This document shows positions 11,971 through 25,100 of a stretch of 64,000 nucleotides of DNA, one piece after another. Location: contig CAVSPA010000005.1 of the NCBI GenBank assembly GCA_963729715.1, forward strand, positions 64,001-128,000. The letters are read 5' to 3'. Each line of letters begins with the position of its first letter. Within the stretch, counting starts at the first letter, position 1. The notes beneath the pieces are model-generated. The model saw only the letters and a list, made by a program, of their open reading frames with translations, ran no database searches and was not told the DNA's origin. The DNA is from an uncultured delta proteobacterium (GTDB lineage: Bacteria; Desulfobacterota; Syntrophia; Syntrophales; UBA2185). Position numbers and translations under genes: made by a program.

Positions 11971-13076
11971 AAATCGATCGCCGGCTACTTTTCAATTTTG
12001 ATTGGACGCTGCTCTTTCTCATACTGGCGATCAGTGTGGTCGGTCTCTTGAATATCTACAGCGCCGGCTACAGCCTGGACAATTTCAGGCAGGAGACCCT
12101 TTATCTAAAACAAGCGCAATGGATCTTCATCGGCCTGGTACTAATGGGGGTCATCATATGCTTTGATTACAGATTCATCTGTCGGTTTGCCTATGTAATC
12201 TATGCCGCTTCTGTTCTGCTGCTTGTCCTGGTATCGCTGTACGGATATGCCACCCACGGTTCTCAGCGGTGGATCATCTTGGGAGGATTTTTCTTCCAGC
12301 CCTCAGAGCTGGTAAAGCTCTCGATTATTATCGCCCTAGCAAAATATTTCGATGACCATATCATAGAAGGACGCTACAAGTTAAGAGAGCTCTATATACC
12401 GTTTCTTATCGTGGTGGTCCCGTTTCTCTTTATCTTGAAGCAGCCTGATCTCGGCACCGCTTTGATCCTTATGTTCCTTATACTGTCGATAACTTTTTTC
12501 ATCGGTATAGAGTGGAAATCACTGCTCTTAGCCTGCACCGGGGGGATAATGCTGATACCGATGTCGTGGCTGTTTCTGAGGGATTACCAGAAGGAAAGGG
12601 TCATGACATTTTTCAATCCGGAGAATGATCCCCTGGGATCGGGTTATCATATTCTTCAATCCATAATTGCCGTCGGTTCAGGAGGTATTTTCGGTAAAGG
12701 CTACCTGAAGGGAACCCAGACGCAGTTGAAATTCTTGCCGGTACAGCAGACTGATTTTGTGTTCTCCGTTTTTGCGGAGGAGTGGGGCTTTATCGGAGGA
12801 GTTGTCCTTGTCGCCATGTTTCTCATACTCATACTGTGGTGTCTGAAAATTGCCTTGCATTCGCGGGATCTCTTGGGAATGTTAATGTCGTTCGGCATAA
12901 CAATGCTTGTCTTCTGGGAGGTATTCATCAATATCGGGATGGTGTTGGGCATGCTTCCCGTTGTCGGCATCCCGCTGCCTTTCTTAAGTTATGGAGGTTC
13001 GTCGATGGTTGTTCTCATGGCGGCCATGGGCTTGTTGTTAAATGTCAGCATGAGAAGGTTTATCCTCTATCCGTAA
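11967..13076 (+). CDS. rodA: Rod shape-determining protein RodA
   Basis: QPSELVK, QPDLGT, TDFVFS, PLPFLSYGGSS SEDS motifs. Confidence 0.96.
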   Translation: MKIDRRLLFNFDWTLLFLILAISVVGLLNIYSAGYSLDNFRQETLYLKQAQWIFIGLVLMGVIICFDYRFICRFAYVIYAASVLLLVLVSLYGYATHGSQRWIILGGFFFQPSELVKLSIIIALAKYFDDHIIEGRYKLRELYIPFLIVVVPFLFILKQPDLGTALILMFLILSITFFIGIEWKSLLLACTGGIMLIPMSWLFLRDYQKERVMTFFNPENDPLGSGYHILQSIIAVGSGGIFGKGYLKGTQTQLKFLPVQQTDFVFSVFAEEWGFIGGVVLVAMFLILILWCLKIALHSRDLLGMLMSFGITMLVFWEVFINIGMVLGMLPVVGIPLPFLSYGGSSMVVLMAAMGLLLNVSMRRFILYP

Positions 13077-13167
13077 TATGTATGGGAGAGTAAGATTTAT
13101 TTGTCATTGGTTTTGATGTCATTGAAGTCATCAGGACACGAAGGTGCCAAAGACTGGGGGCAGGTCG

Positions 13168-13569
13168 ATGTTCAGCAAAAAGAAGAAAGATGAAGAAATC
13201 AAGGCCTTTCTTGGAAAAGGCGCAGAATTTACGGGAAAACTGATATTCAATGGAGCTGTCCGCATAGACGGTGATTTCAACGGCGAGATATTTGGGGAGG
13301 GAACCTTGGTCGTAGGTGATGGCGCTCACGTAGAAGCGGATATAAATGTCGCAAGCATCATAATCAGCGGCGATGTCCATGGCCAGATTGAATGCAAGGA
13401 AAGGATTGAAATCTATCCTCCAGGAAAAGTCCTTGGGAATGTAAAAGCGCCGCGATTTATAATGAGGGAAGGCGCCGTCTTCGAAGGAACGTCGAGAATG
13501 GAGAGCAGCAGCAAGTTGGAAAAACACAAAGTCAACAGCAAATCCAAAGCATTAAATGCGGAAGAGTGA
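13168..13569 (+). CDS. Bactofilin (polymer-forming cytoskeletal protein)
   Basis: FLGKGAEFTGKL, VRIDGDFNGEI, GAVFEG beta-helix repeats. Confidence 0.9.
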   Translation: MFSKKKKDEEIKAFLGKGAEFTGKLIFNGAVRIDGDFNGEIFGEGTLVVGDGAHVEADINVASIIISGDVHGQIECKERIEIYPPGKVLGNVKAPRFIMREGAVFEGTSRMESSSKLEKHKVNSKSKALNAEE

Positions 13570-13851
13570 CATCCCGGCGGGACAAAACCGCATTCACCCA
13601 AAAAGTGCTTGACATTAACGCACGGTTGTGATTAGAAGACCGCGATTTTTACACGCATCTTTGGGGGTTCTTGAGGTTACTCGTGTACTCAGTTCATATC
13701 GCTTTATTTCAGGAAACATTTCTCAAAAAAAGAACCGTCATAAGCTTTTTAGGATCGAAAAAAGGCTAAACTGAAAAAGCCGAGTGGCAGGAGTCTATCC
13801 TTTCACGGGTTTTCTGAACTTCAAAGCAATCTTTTAGTGTGAGGCAGAACA

Positions 13852-14280
13852 GTGATCAAAATAGATTATACAATGTTAATCCAAATGGTCAATTTTCTTC
13901 TCTTGATTGTCATCCTGAATCAACTCCTCTATAAGCCGATCTTGGGCATAATTGACAGAAGAAAGAAACAAGCACAGGATACTGAAGAAGAGATAAAGCG
14001 CCTCAATCAATCAGTCGAGGAGAGAATCGCGGCGTACGAGGAGAAGCTTCGCCAGGCAAAGACGGACGCTTTGGAGAAAAAGACCGAGATCATCAAGGAA
14101 GGGGCCGAGCAGGCAAAGGGCCTCATCGAGGCCGCAAGAAGCGAGATCCCGGGGATGATGGAACAGTTTCACGGTGAGATGAACAGGGAAGTCTCCGAAG
14201 CCAGAAGCATTCTTACCGGTCAGTCGCAGAAAATATCAGTTGAGATTGCCGAGAAATTGTTGGGAAGGAGTCCCCGATGA
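13852..14280 (+). CDS. atpF: ATP synthase F0 subunit b'
   Basis: QMVNFLLLIVILNQLLYKPI then coiled coil; first gene of atp cluster. Confidence 0.9.
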   Translation: MIKIDYTMLIQMVNFLLLIVILNQLLYKPILGIIDRRKKQAQDTEEEIKRLNQSVEERIAAYEEKLRQAKTDALEKKTEIIKEGAEQAKGLIEAARSEIPGMMEQFHGEMNREVSEARSILTGQSQKISVEIAEKLLGRSPR

Positions 14281-14888
14281 TAAAATGGTTTTCGGAGGAT
14301 CTGCTTAGTCGATCTTATTTACGCTATTTTCTTTTATCAATCCTGGCCCTTATTCTCACCTCTACCGTCGCATATGCCTCGGAAGGTGGAGGTCATGAAG
14401 ACACTGTGAAGCTCTGGATTGATTTCGCCTGGAGGATATTTGACTTTACTATTCTGATTGGGTTCCTTTACTGGGCTGCTGCAAAAAAAATCAAGGAGTT
14501 TTTCTTCGACAGGCGAGACAACATCAAGGCCACCATCGAAGAAAAAATAACTGAAAAGGATGAGACGGAGAAGAAATTCAGGGAATACTCCTTGAGGCTT
14601 GACAAGGCCACTGAGGAAATAAAGGGCATCTTCGAGATGATAAAGGCCCAGGGATTGACAGAAAAAGAAAAGATAATCGAAGACGCCAAGAAGGCAGCCG
14701 CGAAGATGATAGAAGATACACAGGCGAGAATGGAACAGGAACTTAAGGCTGCCAGAAACCAGTTGCGGTCGGAAGCCGCGGAGCTGTCCGTGGCAATGGC
14801 AGAAGAGCTTCTGAAGAAGAATATAAACCAGGGGCTTCACGAAAACATGGTGAAAGACTATCTCGATAAGGTGGTGAAAAAACATTGA
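14277..14888 (+). CDS. atpF: ATP synthase F0 subunit b
   Basis: AYASEGGGH leader, DFAWRIFDF TM region, coiled coil. Confidence 0.9.
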   Translation: MIKWFSEDLLSRSYLRYFLLSILALILTSTVAYASEGGGHEDTVKLWIDFAWRIFDFTILIGFLYWAAAKKIKEFFFDRRDNIKATIEEKITEKDETEKKFREYSLRLDKATEEIKGIFEMIKAQGLTEKEKIIEDAKKAAAKMIEDTQARMEQELKAARNQLRSEAAELSVAMAEELLKKNINQGLHENMVKDYLDKVVKKH

Positions 14889-15430
14889 GCAGCAGCAATA
14901 TCGCAAAGCGTTATGCACGGGCGTTTTTTGACATAGCCAGGGAAGATGGGCTTTATGAAAAGTACTACGGCGAATTGACGCTTTTTTCTTCCGTTGTCAA
15001 AGAGAATAAGGATTTGCGGGAATTATTGTTGAACCCTATATTCGATCATGCAGAAAAAAGAGCCGTTGTGGATTCGCTTCTCGCTAAGATAAATATATCC
15101 GTCATAACGGCAAATTTCCTGAAGCTCCTCGTGGACAAGCGAAGAATAGGCATTCTTCCCGATATAGAAAGCTGTTACCGGAAATTTATGGACGATGCCC
15201 TGAAAACAATCAGGGTTGATGTCAAGACCGCCTTCCCTTTATCTACTGAACTTTCCGAAAAGCTGCAGAAGCGCATGGAGGAAATAACGGGTAGAAAAGT
15301 GGAAATGGCTGTTTCAGAAGATGCATCATTGTTGGGTGGCATAGTCGTAGGCGTAGGGGATACGATGTACGATGGCAGCATTAAAACTCAACTGCACAAT
15401 ATCAGGAATCTCTTAGGGGAGGAAATATAG
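14885..15430 (+). CDS. atpH: ATP synthase F1 subunit delta
   Basis: IAKRYARA, LLGGIVVGVGDTMYDGSIK. Confidence 0.95.
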   Translation: MSSSNIAKRYARAFFDIAREDGLYEKYYGELTLFSSVVKENKDLRELLLNPIFDHAEKRAVVDSLLAKINISVITANFLKLLVDKRRIGILPDIESCYRKFMDDALKTIRVDVKTAFPLSTELSEKLQKRMEEITGRKVEMAVSEDASLLGGIVVGVGDTMYDGSIKTQLHNIRNLLGEEI

Positions 15431-15433
15431 AGC

Positions 15434-16948
15434 ATGGAGAAAATCAGGGCAGAAGAAATAAGCGACATCATCTCCAAACAGATCAGAGACTATGAAAAGA
15501 AACTGGACGTAAGCGAAGTTGGAACTGTCCTGTCTGTGGGAGACGGTATTGCCAGGGTTTACGGCGTGGAAAATGCGATGGCCATGGAATTGCTGGAGTT
15601 CCCGGGAGGGATACTCGGTATGGTCCTCAACCTGGAAACCGACAACGTCGGTGTCGCCATCCTGGGAGAGGTCACCCATATTAAAGAAGGGGATATTGTA
15701 AAGAGAACGGGCAGGATCGCCCAGGTTCCCGTGGGAGAGGCGGTGCTCGGCCGGGTAATTGATGGCACCGGTGCGCCGATTGACGGCAAAGGTCCCATTG
15801 AGGCTACCGAGTTCCGCAGGATAGAGATGATCGCTCCCGGCGTCGTGCAGCGCCAGCCCGTCAACACGCCTATGTATACCGGCATCAAGGCTATCGATGC
15901 CATGACGCCCATCGGAAGGGGTCAAAGAGAGCTTATCATCGGCGACAGGCAGATCGGAAAAACCGCGATCTGCGTGGACTCCATCATCAGGCAGAAGGAT
16001 ACCGGCGTTAAGTGCATTTATGTCGCCATCGGCCAGAAGAAATCCACAGTGGCCCAGGTGGTGGAAAACCTTCGCAAGAACGGTGCCATGTCCTATACCT
16101 GTGTCATCGCGGCATGCGCCAGCGATCCGGCGACCCTGCAATACATCGCAGCCTATTCCGGTTGCAGCATCGGCGAATATTTCCGGGACAGGAAACAGGA
16201 TGCACTGATCATCTACGATGATCTCTCCAAACAGGCTGTCGCTTACCGCCAGATATCGCTGCTTCTGAGAAGACCCCCAGGACGTGAAGCCTTCCCGGGA
16301 GATATTTTCTATAACCACTCCCGTCTGCTGGAACGCGCCGCCCGTGTGAGCGAAGATCTCGGCGGCGGATCCCTTACGGCCCTGCCCATAATTGAGACCC
16401 AGGCAGGCGACGTCTCTGCGTATATTCCGACAAACGTTATTTCCATCACAGATGGTCAGGTGTATCTCGAACCGAGCCTATTCTTTTCCGGTATCAGACC
16501 TGCAATCAACGTCGGTCTGTCAGTTTCGCGAGTCGGTGGCGCAGCGCAGGTCAAGGCCATGAAACAGGTTGCAGGGAGGCTGAAACTCGAGCTCGCCCAG
16601 TATCGTGAACTGGCGGCCTTTGCCCAGTTCGGTAGTGACCTCGATAAGGCAACGCAGGCGCAGCTCGAACGAGGCGTGCGTCTGGTGGAGATATTGAAGC
16701 AGCCCCAGTTCCAACCCAGGACGCTGTCGCAGCAGGTTGCCATCCTTTTTGCAGGCACCAGGGGCTTTCTGGACAAATACCCGGTCGACAAACTGAAGGA
16801 ATACGAGCCTCAGCTCCTGAGCTTCATCGCCAGTAAATACCCCGAAGTCAACCGGGAGGTTGAAGAGAAAAGGGAGATCAGTGCAGACCTCGAGAAGAAG
16901 ATGAAAGACGTATTGACGGAGTTTGAAACTGTTTTTGTCACGGCGTAG
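15434..16948 (+). CDS. atpA: ATP synthase F1 subunit alpha
   Basis: [29 protein letters not shown]. Confidence 0.99.
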   Translation: MEKIRAEEISDIISKQIRDYEKKLDVSEVGTVLSVGDGIARVYGVENAMAMELLEFPGGILGMVLNLETDNVGVAILGEVTHIKEGDIVKRTGRIAQVPVGEAVLGRVIDGTGAPIDGKGPIEATEFRRIEMIAPGVVQRQPVNTPMYTGIKAIDAMTPIGRGQRELIIGDRQIGKTAICVDSIIRQKDTGVKCIYVAIGQKKSTVAQVVENLRKNGAMSYTCVIAACASDPATLQYIAAYSGCSIGEYFRDRKQDALIIYDDLSKQAVAYRQISLLLRRPPGREAFPGDIFYNHSRLLERAARVSEDLGGGSLTALPIIETQAGDVSAYIPTNVISITDGQVYLEPSLFFSGIRPAINVGLSVSRVGGAAQVKAMKQVAGRLKLELAQYRELAAFAQFGSDLDKATQAQLERGVRLVEILKQPQFQPRTLSQQVAILFAGTRGFLDKYPVDKLKEYEPQLLSFIASKYPEVNREVEEKREISADLEKKMKDVLTEFETVFVTA

Positions 16949-17002
16949 AAAATCGGAAGACATCTCAGGAAATAGAACACGTAAAGGGAAAAGGGAGCGT
17001 TA

Positions 17003-17878
17003 ATGGCTTCATTAAAGGATATCAGAAGAAAGATTGTCGCGGTTTCCAAAACGAAGCAGATCACCAGAGCCATGAATATGGTGGCTGCCTCGAAACTGAA
17101 AGCCGCCCAGTTGAGGATGGAGAATTTTCGTCCTTATGCATTGAGGTTCATGGATGTGCTCACCAGCCTGGCACTTCGTGTAGACCCTGAAACCCACCCC
17201 CTGCTCGCTGTCAGGGATCCGAAGAGAATAAGGGTTATCATCATGACCTCTGACAGAGGCTTGTGCGGCGGTTTCAATACGAACTTGATCAAGGCCGCGG
17301 AAAGATTCGTCCGGGAGAAGACCGGCGAAGGCAAAGAGGTGCAATTGATTGCCGTCGGAAGGAAAGGGAGAGATTATTTCCGAAAAAAAGTGAAGCTCGC
17401 TAAAGATTGGTCTGACGTCTTTGGCAAATTCGATATAACCCTCGCCGTAAAAATTTCCGACGAAATCATTCCCCCCTTCATGCAGGCAGAATATGACGAA
17501 CTGTATGTCATATACAACGAATTTAGGAACATTGCCATACAGAGGCCTGCGGTCGTGAGGCTATTTCCCTTGCCCCCCATCGGAAAAGATGAAGATACGG
17601 AGCCTAACGCGAGAATCGATTACATTTATGAACCCTCGGATGAAATCCTGCTCGGGAAGCTCCTTCCCATGTACGTTCATGTTCTGATCTTCCGGGCGCT
17701 CCTCGAAACATCCGCCGGCGAGAACGGCGCACGGATGGTCGCGATGGACAACGCAACAAAGAATTGCGAGGAGATGATCCAAAACCTTACGTTGAGAATG
17801 AATAAAGCGAGACAGGCAACCATTACGGCCGAATTGATGGATATTGTCGGCGGTACGGAAGCCCTGTCGAAGAGCTGA
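17003..17878 (+). CDS. atpG: ATP synthase F1 subunit gamma
   Basis: QITRAMNMVAASK, SDRGLCGGFN, ARQATITAEL. Confidence 0.98.
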   Translation: MASLKDIRRKIVAVSKTKQITRAMNMVAASKLKAAQLRMENFRPYALRFMDVLTSLALRVDPETHPLLAVRDPKRIRVIIMTSDRGLCGGFNTNLIKAAERFVREKTGEGKEVQLIAVGRKGRDYFRKKVKLAKDWSDVFGKFDITLAVKISDEIIPPFMQAEYDELYVIYNEFRNIAIQRPAVVRLFPLPPIGKDEDTEPNARIDYIYEPSDEILLGKLLPMYVHVLIFRALLETSAGENGARMVAMDNATKNCEEMIQNLTLRMNKARQATITAELMDIVGGTEALSKS

Positions 17879-17895
17879 TAAATTAGCCATCATAG

Positions 17896-19317
<1,422 letters not shown>

Positions 19318-19336
19318 TGAGGCCGGAGGATTGCAC

Positions 19337-19747
19337 ATGGCTGACGAATTGATGTTGGAAATTGTTACCCCCGAAAAAATGGCCTTCAGCGGCAAGATAG
19401 AAGAAGTGACGATACCGGGTTCCGAGGGTGAGTTCGGTGTGCTCCGGGGCCATGCGGCGCTCCTGACTTCGATCGATGTCGGTGAATTGAATTTCACGAA
19501 AGACGGCAAGAAGACATACTACGCCGTTAATACCGGCTATACCGAAGTCACCACAGGCAAAGTTACGATCCTCGCGGAAACTGCGGAAAGGGCGGACCTC
19601 ATCGACAAAGAACGGGCAAAAAAGGCAAAAGACACGGCGGAAGCAAAGTTGTCCAAGATGGCCAAGGAAGATGTGGAATACGAACTGATGAGAGCAGCCC
19701 TGGCTAGGGCGATTACAAGGATCAGCGTGGCCGATAAGCACGCTTAG
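19337..19747 (+). CDS. atpC: ATP synthase F1 subunit epsilon
   Basis: [19 protein letters not shown] at 19337 after GGAGG. Confidence 0.96.
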   Translation: MADELMLEIVTPEKMAFSGKIEEVTIPGSEGEFGVLRGHAALLTSIDVGELNFTKDGKKTYYAVNTGYTEVTTGKVTILAETAERADLIDKERAKKAKDTAEAKLSKMAKEDVEYELMRAALARAITRISVADKHA

Positions 19748-19767
19748 TGCGCAAATAGATACAAATG

Positions 19768-19807
19768 AAGAAAGCCAGAAGTTGAGATTTGAACTTCTGG
19801 CTTTCTT
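19768..19807. terminator. Bidirectional intrinsic terminator between convergent atpC and greA
   Basis: AAGAAAGCCAGAAGTT-gagatttg-AACTTCTGGCTTTCTT perfect 16-bp inverted repeat. Confidence 0.85.
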
Positions 19808-19828
19808 GTTCTGAGAATTCCTGCTCCA

Positions 19829-20311
19829 TTATTTTTTCCCCACAACACAGATATCCGCTATCTCAAATTCGCGTGTACCTCCCGGCGTCTTGACGCTGAC
19901 TTCGTCACCCGCACTCTTCCCGATCAGCGCCTTGCCTATAGGTGAGGTCACGGAAATTTTATTCTCTTTGAGATCTGACTCGAAGGGGCCTACAAGCTGA
20001 TAGGTTATGCGGCTCCCCGTATTCGTGTCCTCCAAAGTGACAATCGATCCAAAAACAATCTTGTCTGTCGTTAAACCATCGAGGCTCACAACATATGATG
20101 TGGCGAGATTATTTTCGAGCTCCGCAATCCTGCCCTGCAAAAAAGACTGCCTTTCCTTGGCCGCGGCAAATTCCGCATTCTCCGTTATGTCTCCGTGCGC
20201 CCTAGCCACTTCGATGTCCCGGATATTTTCAGGCAGCGAAACTGTCTTTATATATTCCAGTTCCTTCTTCAATTTTTCGTATCCCGCTTTTGTAATAGGC
20301 ATTTTTGCCAT
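19829..20311 (-). CDS. greA: Transcription elongation factor GreA
   Basis: ARAHGDITENAEF, ISVTSPIGKALIGK. Confidence 0.96.
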   Translation of the reverse strand: MAKMPITKAGYEKLKKELEYIKTVSLPENIRDIEVARAHGDITENAEFAAAKERQSFLQGRIAELENNLATSYVVSLDGLTTDKIVFGSIVTLEDTNTGSRITYQLVGPFESDLKENKISVTSPIGKALIGKSAGDEVSVKTPGGTREFEIADICVVGKK

Positions 20312-20517
20312 ATATTCTCCCTGCCTTGCGCACTTGTATTTGCCAGGATCATAAATCTTAAAAACAGAGGTTGACTTCTAATAGAGAAATAGACAGCTGT
20401 CAAGAAAGATTTACCATGCCCTACCCGGGGGCTGGGGGTCTTGCTATGTCTCCACAAGTATGCTAAAAGGAGCATTCTTTAAGTAGATGCAGAAGTCCAC
20501 AGGCGAATAACATATCC

Positions 20518-21513
20518 ATGATTGATAGCTATAACAGAGAGATTAATTATCTCAGAGTTTCCATCACCGACAGATGCAACCTTCGTTGCAGCTATTGCAT
20601 GCCCAAGGAGGGCGTTTCCCTCATCGGACATGACGACATCCTGAGATACGAAGAAATACTGCGGATCGTCCGCATAGCAGCAGGCATAGGTATCAGCAAA
20701 GTCAGGATAACAGGAGGTGAGCCTCTGGTCAGGCGCGGCGCCTGCGATTTTATCGCCGAGGTCGCGTCCACTGACGGTCTCAATGACATCAGCCTCACAA
20801 CGAACGGAATACTCCTGGCGGACTTTGCGGCAAAACTTTTTGCCGCGGGCGTGAAAAGAATTAACATCAGTCTTGATTCCCTCAATGCCGAAAAGTATGC
20901 CCAAATTACCAGGGGTGGAGACCTCAGTACCGTGCTGGCGGGAATCGATGCGGTTCATAGGATCGGTTTTTCCCCTATCAAGATCAACATCGTGGCAATG
21001 AAGGGATTTAATGAAGATGAGATAATGGATTTCGCCGAACTCAGCCTTCGCAAACCTTACCAGGTCAGGTTCATTGAACTCATGGACGTGGGCCGCCCTG
21101 CCCTCGATCACGGCAGCCGCTATCTTTCCAACACTATTGTCAGGGAATTAATCAACAGGCATTATCTCCTCGAACGGGCCAACGGCACAAGAACCAAAAT
21201 GGATGGGCCTGCAGAGATGTTCAGGATCTCAGGCGGCGCCGGAGAAATCGGTTTCATAAGCCCTTTGAGTCAGCAATTCTGTGATTCATGCAACCGCCTG
21301 AGGCTCACTGCGAACGGCCACCTCCGCGCGTGCCTGCTCTCGGACGAAGACGTCGATCTGAGGGGCCCGCTGCGCAGCGGCTGCAGCGATGCGAATCTGT
21401 CGGAGCTCATCAAGGGGGCTATCGCGAAAAAACCCGTACAACATGCCCTTGCCTGTGATGAAGGCCACCATATAAAGAAGTGTATGAAAGACATGTCTTC
21501 CATAGGCGGTTGA
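20518..21513 (+). CDS. moaA: GTP 3',8-cyclase MoaA
   Basis: CNLRCSYC radical SAM motif, FCDSCNRLR, C-terminal IGG. Confidence 0.97.
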   Translation: MIDSYNREINYLRVSITDRCNLRCSYCMPKEGVSLIGHDDILRYEEILRIVRIAAGIGISKVRITGGEPLVRRGACDFIAEVASTDGLNDISLTTNGILLADFAAKLFAAGVKRINISLDSLNAEKYAQITRGGDLSTVLAGIDAVHRIGFSPIKINIVAMKGFNEDEIMDFAELSLRKPYQVRFIELMDVGRPALDHGSRYLSNTIVRELINRHYLLERANGTRTKMDGPAEMFRISGGAGEIGFISPLSQQFCDSCNRLRLTANGHLRACLLSDEDVDLRGPLRSGCSDANLSELIKGAIAKKPVQHALACDEGHHIKKCMKDMSSIGG

Positions 21514-21571
21514 CATGCAATGCAGGCAATGAAAGACACCTGCGTGAGAAGATAGAGACTGCCTCCTGACC

Positions 21572-21823
21572 CTATCGCGTCTCCCAGTCAATATCCCCGT
21601 CGTCGTAAGTCCGCGCCAGGATTTCCCGGGCCTTCTCCATATCCTTTGCGAGAACCAGAATATCCACTTTACCGAGACCATCGATCGTTATCGCGTAGAT
21701 CGGTCCTACTGCTTCGTATTTCAATTTTGCAGGTATGCCTTCCGTCGTGAGTCTCCCCAAGACAATATTGGCATTCGTCATTCCCGACGCGGTACAGGCC
21801 ACTTCCCATTTTTCCTCATCCAT
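21572..21823 (-). CDS. DUF2007-like small protein
   Basis: ANIVLGRLTTEGIP...GKVDILV...EKAREIL pattern. Confidence 0.7.
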   Translation of the reverse strand: MDEEKWEVACTASGMTNANIVLGRLTTEGIPAKLKYEAVGPIYAITIDGLGKVDILVLAKDMEKAREILARTYDDGDIDWETR

Positions 21824-21990
21824 AGAACCGTTCCTCACTCCCCGGCAATGACATCAGGCGCAGAATTTTGGGACTTATACTGCCAACATGCTATTTTTAT
21901 TGCAAAAAATACCAACCTGCTGACTGTCACTTATCTTATACCATATCCGCCTCCTGCAAGAAAGCGTCATTTCGGGAATTGACTGTCAAA

Positions 21991-22037
21991 ATACTATATA
22001 TTGTAGGCTAAAAATTTTAGGATACATTTAGTTGTAT
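21991..22037. promoter_or_regulatory. Tandem NrdR-box-like palindromes upstream of smc
   Basis: ATACTATATATTGTAG (21991-22006) and ATACATTTAGTTGTAT (22022-22037), 31 bp start-to-start. Confidence 0.5.
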
Positions 22038-22043
22038 TTTTTC

Positions 22044-22072
22044 TTTACAAGGACTATTTCTTCTGTTATTAT
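22044..22072 (+). promoter_or_regulatory. Putative sigma70 promoter of smc
   Basis: TTTACA-N17-TATTAT with extended TG. Confidence 0.5.
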
Positions 22073-22163
22073 TCGGTAAATCCGCTGAGGGTTGGCTCAA
22101 TTGACCCTGGGTGAGTGGATGGTTGGAAGAGTTTTCGTTGTAATCTCAACAGGAAAGAAGAAA

Positions 22164-25100
22164 ATGAGGCTGAAGAGACTTGAGATAGCCGGCTTTAAAT
22201 CCTTCCGGGATAAGGTCGTCCTCGACTTTTCGAAAGGGATCTCCGCAGTAGTCGGTCCCAATGGATGTGGGAAGAGCAATATCGTAGATGCCATCCGCTG
22301 GGCAATGGGTGAACAGCGTATAAAGAGCCTGCGTGGAAAAAAGATGGATGACGTCATTTTCCACGGCGCTGAGAATGCGGCCCCCATCGGCATGAGCGAA
22401 GTATCGATGATCCTCGACAGCAACGGGCGGCAATTCCCCGGGGAATATGCGGAATGCAGCGAGGTCATGATTTCGCGGCGGCTCTTCAGGGACGGCGAAA
22501 GCGAATACGCCATCAACAAGGTGCCCTGCCGGCTTATCGATGTCAGAGACTTCCTCATGGGTACGGGGCTCGGCGTCAGAACCTACTCCCTCGTTGAGCA
22601 GAACAGCGTTGCCAATCTTGTGGAAGCAAAACCCGAAGACAGAAGACAGTTCATCGAAGACGCTGCAGGTATATCGAAATATAAGGTCAGAAAAGAATCG
22701 GCCATGCGGAAGATGGAGGCGACAAAGCAGAACATCCTCCGCTTGAATGATATCATCAGAGAGGTAAAATCACAGCTCAATGCCGTATCGCGGCAGGCCA
22801 AAAGGGCGGAGCAGTACAAGGCTCTGAAGAAGGAAGTGAAAGAGGCCGAACTCGTCCTAGCCCTCCACACATACACGGATCTATCCGGACAGAAGGAAAC
22901 CCTCGGGCAAACGCGCGACTCCCTTAGCAAGAGGGATATGGAATTAACGACCAGCCTGAAAGAACTCGAAGCCTCAATCGAAGGCTTGAAGGCAGAGGTG
23001 CTGGAAAACGAAGCCTCCGTTTCTGAACACCAGGAAAAACTCTATGACATAAGAAACTCGATCAACATAAAGGAACAGGGGATCGAACATCTTAAAGGCA
23101 AAATAAAAGACATCGCCTCGCAGAAACAGAAAAACACGGCCGAGCTGGAGATGCTCCGCACAAGAGCGAAAAATCTGGCCGACGAAGTGGAAACCATCGC
23201 CATAATGGCGGATGAATCCGGCGTGGAGATTGAGAAGGTAAGAGACAATGTCCTCCAAAACCAGGCCAGCCTTGAAGAACTCAAGGCGGCCGCGAAATCG
23301 CTTACCGCGGAACTCGAAGAAAAGAAGATCGAGTTCTTCGAGTTAGCCACGGAAAAGGCGAAAGCGAAAAACACCCTTGTCGGCATCGGGAAGGGTATAG
23401 AAGATATCCGGAAGAGAAAAGAGAGGGACGTCCGAGAAGCAGACGAAAACAGGGAAAGGCTTGCGGAGACCCACCGGAATCTTGATTCCCTGATTGCGGC
23501 CCTAAATACTGATGAGGGCACGCTGGCAAATCTCACGGATAGCGCGGGCATGACTTCCGATGAACTTGAGCGGGCGAAGAATGATCTGCAACTGATCGAC
23601 GAGCGCATCTCGGAGATGAAGGATGAAGCGGGCATGAAATCATCGCGGCTTGCCTCCTTGATAGAGTTGCAGGAAAGCTACGCTTGGTGTTCTGACGGAA
23701 CGAAATCGATAATGCAGGCAAAGAAGGTTGCGAGCCCCGACATGCTGCCCGGCGAGACCTGCCTAGGACTCGTTGCTGACGTTCTGGATGTGCCCCGTGA
23801 ATATGAAACGGCGGTTGAATCCGTCCTGGGGGACAAGCTCCAGTACATGGTGGTCAGAAGTCAGAGAGACGGGATGCTGGCCATCGACTATCTGAAAAGC
23901 TCGTCTTCAGGAAGGGGAACCTTCGTCCCCCTCGAAGTCAGACATCATAATTACGGCTCTTCGGCGGAGTATCTCAAGGATGCGGTGAAACTGATCGACG
24001 TAGTCAATGTTCATCAGGGCTTCGAGAAAATAGCCGACTACCTCTTGGGAGATGTTCTTTTGATACCGAACCTCAACAACGGCGTCTCCCTCTGGGAACG
24101 AAACGGTTTCAGAGGCACCTTCGTTACATCGGAAGGCGACATCATAAATCCGCAGGGAGTGCTGACGGGGGGAAGCAAAACGAACGGCGATAAGAGCCTG
24201 CTTAAGACCAAGCGTGAGATCGCCGAACTGGAAGGAGATGTAGATCGTTTAAATATCTCCCTTGCGGAGGACATTGAAAAGAAGAAGGACGCGATATCTC
24301 TCATCTTGCAATGGGAAGAAGAGCTGGTCCAGCTGCGGTCGGAAATCCGCGATCTGGAACTACTGGTCAACGGCAAGCAGAAAGACCTCGAGAGATTTGA
24401 GGCCGAGATAAGAGGTATCGAACAGAGAATAAAAGTCCTCGATTTCAATTGTGATAATCATCAGGCGGAAGAAGCGGCCGCCCTCGAAGAATGCGCCGCT
24501 ATAGAGAAGCGCATCATTTCCTCCGAAGCCCAGGAAGACACGATGAACACCGCCATGTCCGCCCTCCAGGAGAAGTTGGCAACGCTGAAGACGAAGGTGG
24601 AAGAGCGGGAAGAACATCTCACAGGGGAAAAGATCCAACTCGCGTCTCTCGAAGAAAAGAGAAACGCGGACCTCAAAACCATTGAGAGGTTGGAGGCCGA
24701 CAGTGCGGGCACGTCCCGTGAAATAGATATCAGGACCACGGAGCTTGTGCAGAGTGACCGGGAGATTGAAGATGTGACCGAGCAAATCTCAACGGAACAG
24801 GGTCTGCTCGAACGCCTGTACTCGGAGCATGAGAGCGTCGAAGGCACACTCACGGAGATGAGGCTCTCACAGCAGGAACGGGAAACACTGTTGAGAAACA
24901 GGGACACGGACCTCAGGGAGGTCAAGAAGACCCATGACCAGGTCGTAAAGGAAATGAATGAACTGGAGATAGCTTACCGCGAGCTCACCTTTCAGTCGGA
25001 CAGCTTGCGCCAAGGCATTCAGGAAAAATACTACGTCGATCTCCAAACTCTCGTCCCCGAATTTCAGCGGCTCGATGAACCGGTTCTCGAAGAGCTGACC

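Noticed and set aside
13640..13657. Rex operator upstream of the atp operon
   Set aside because: CGCGA-N5-ACACG has the wrong spacing and two mismatches
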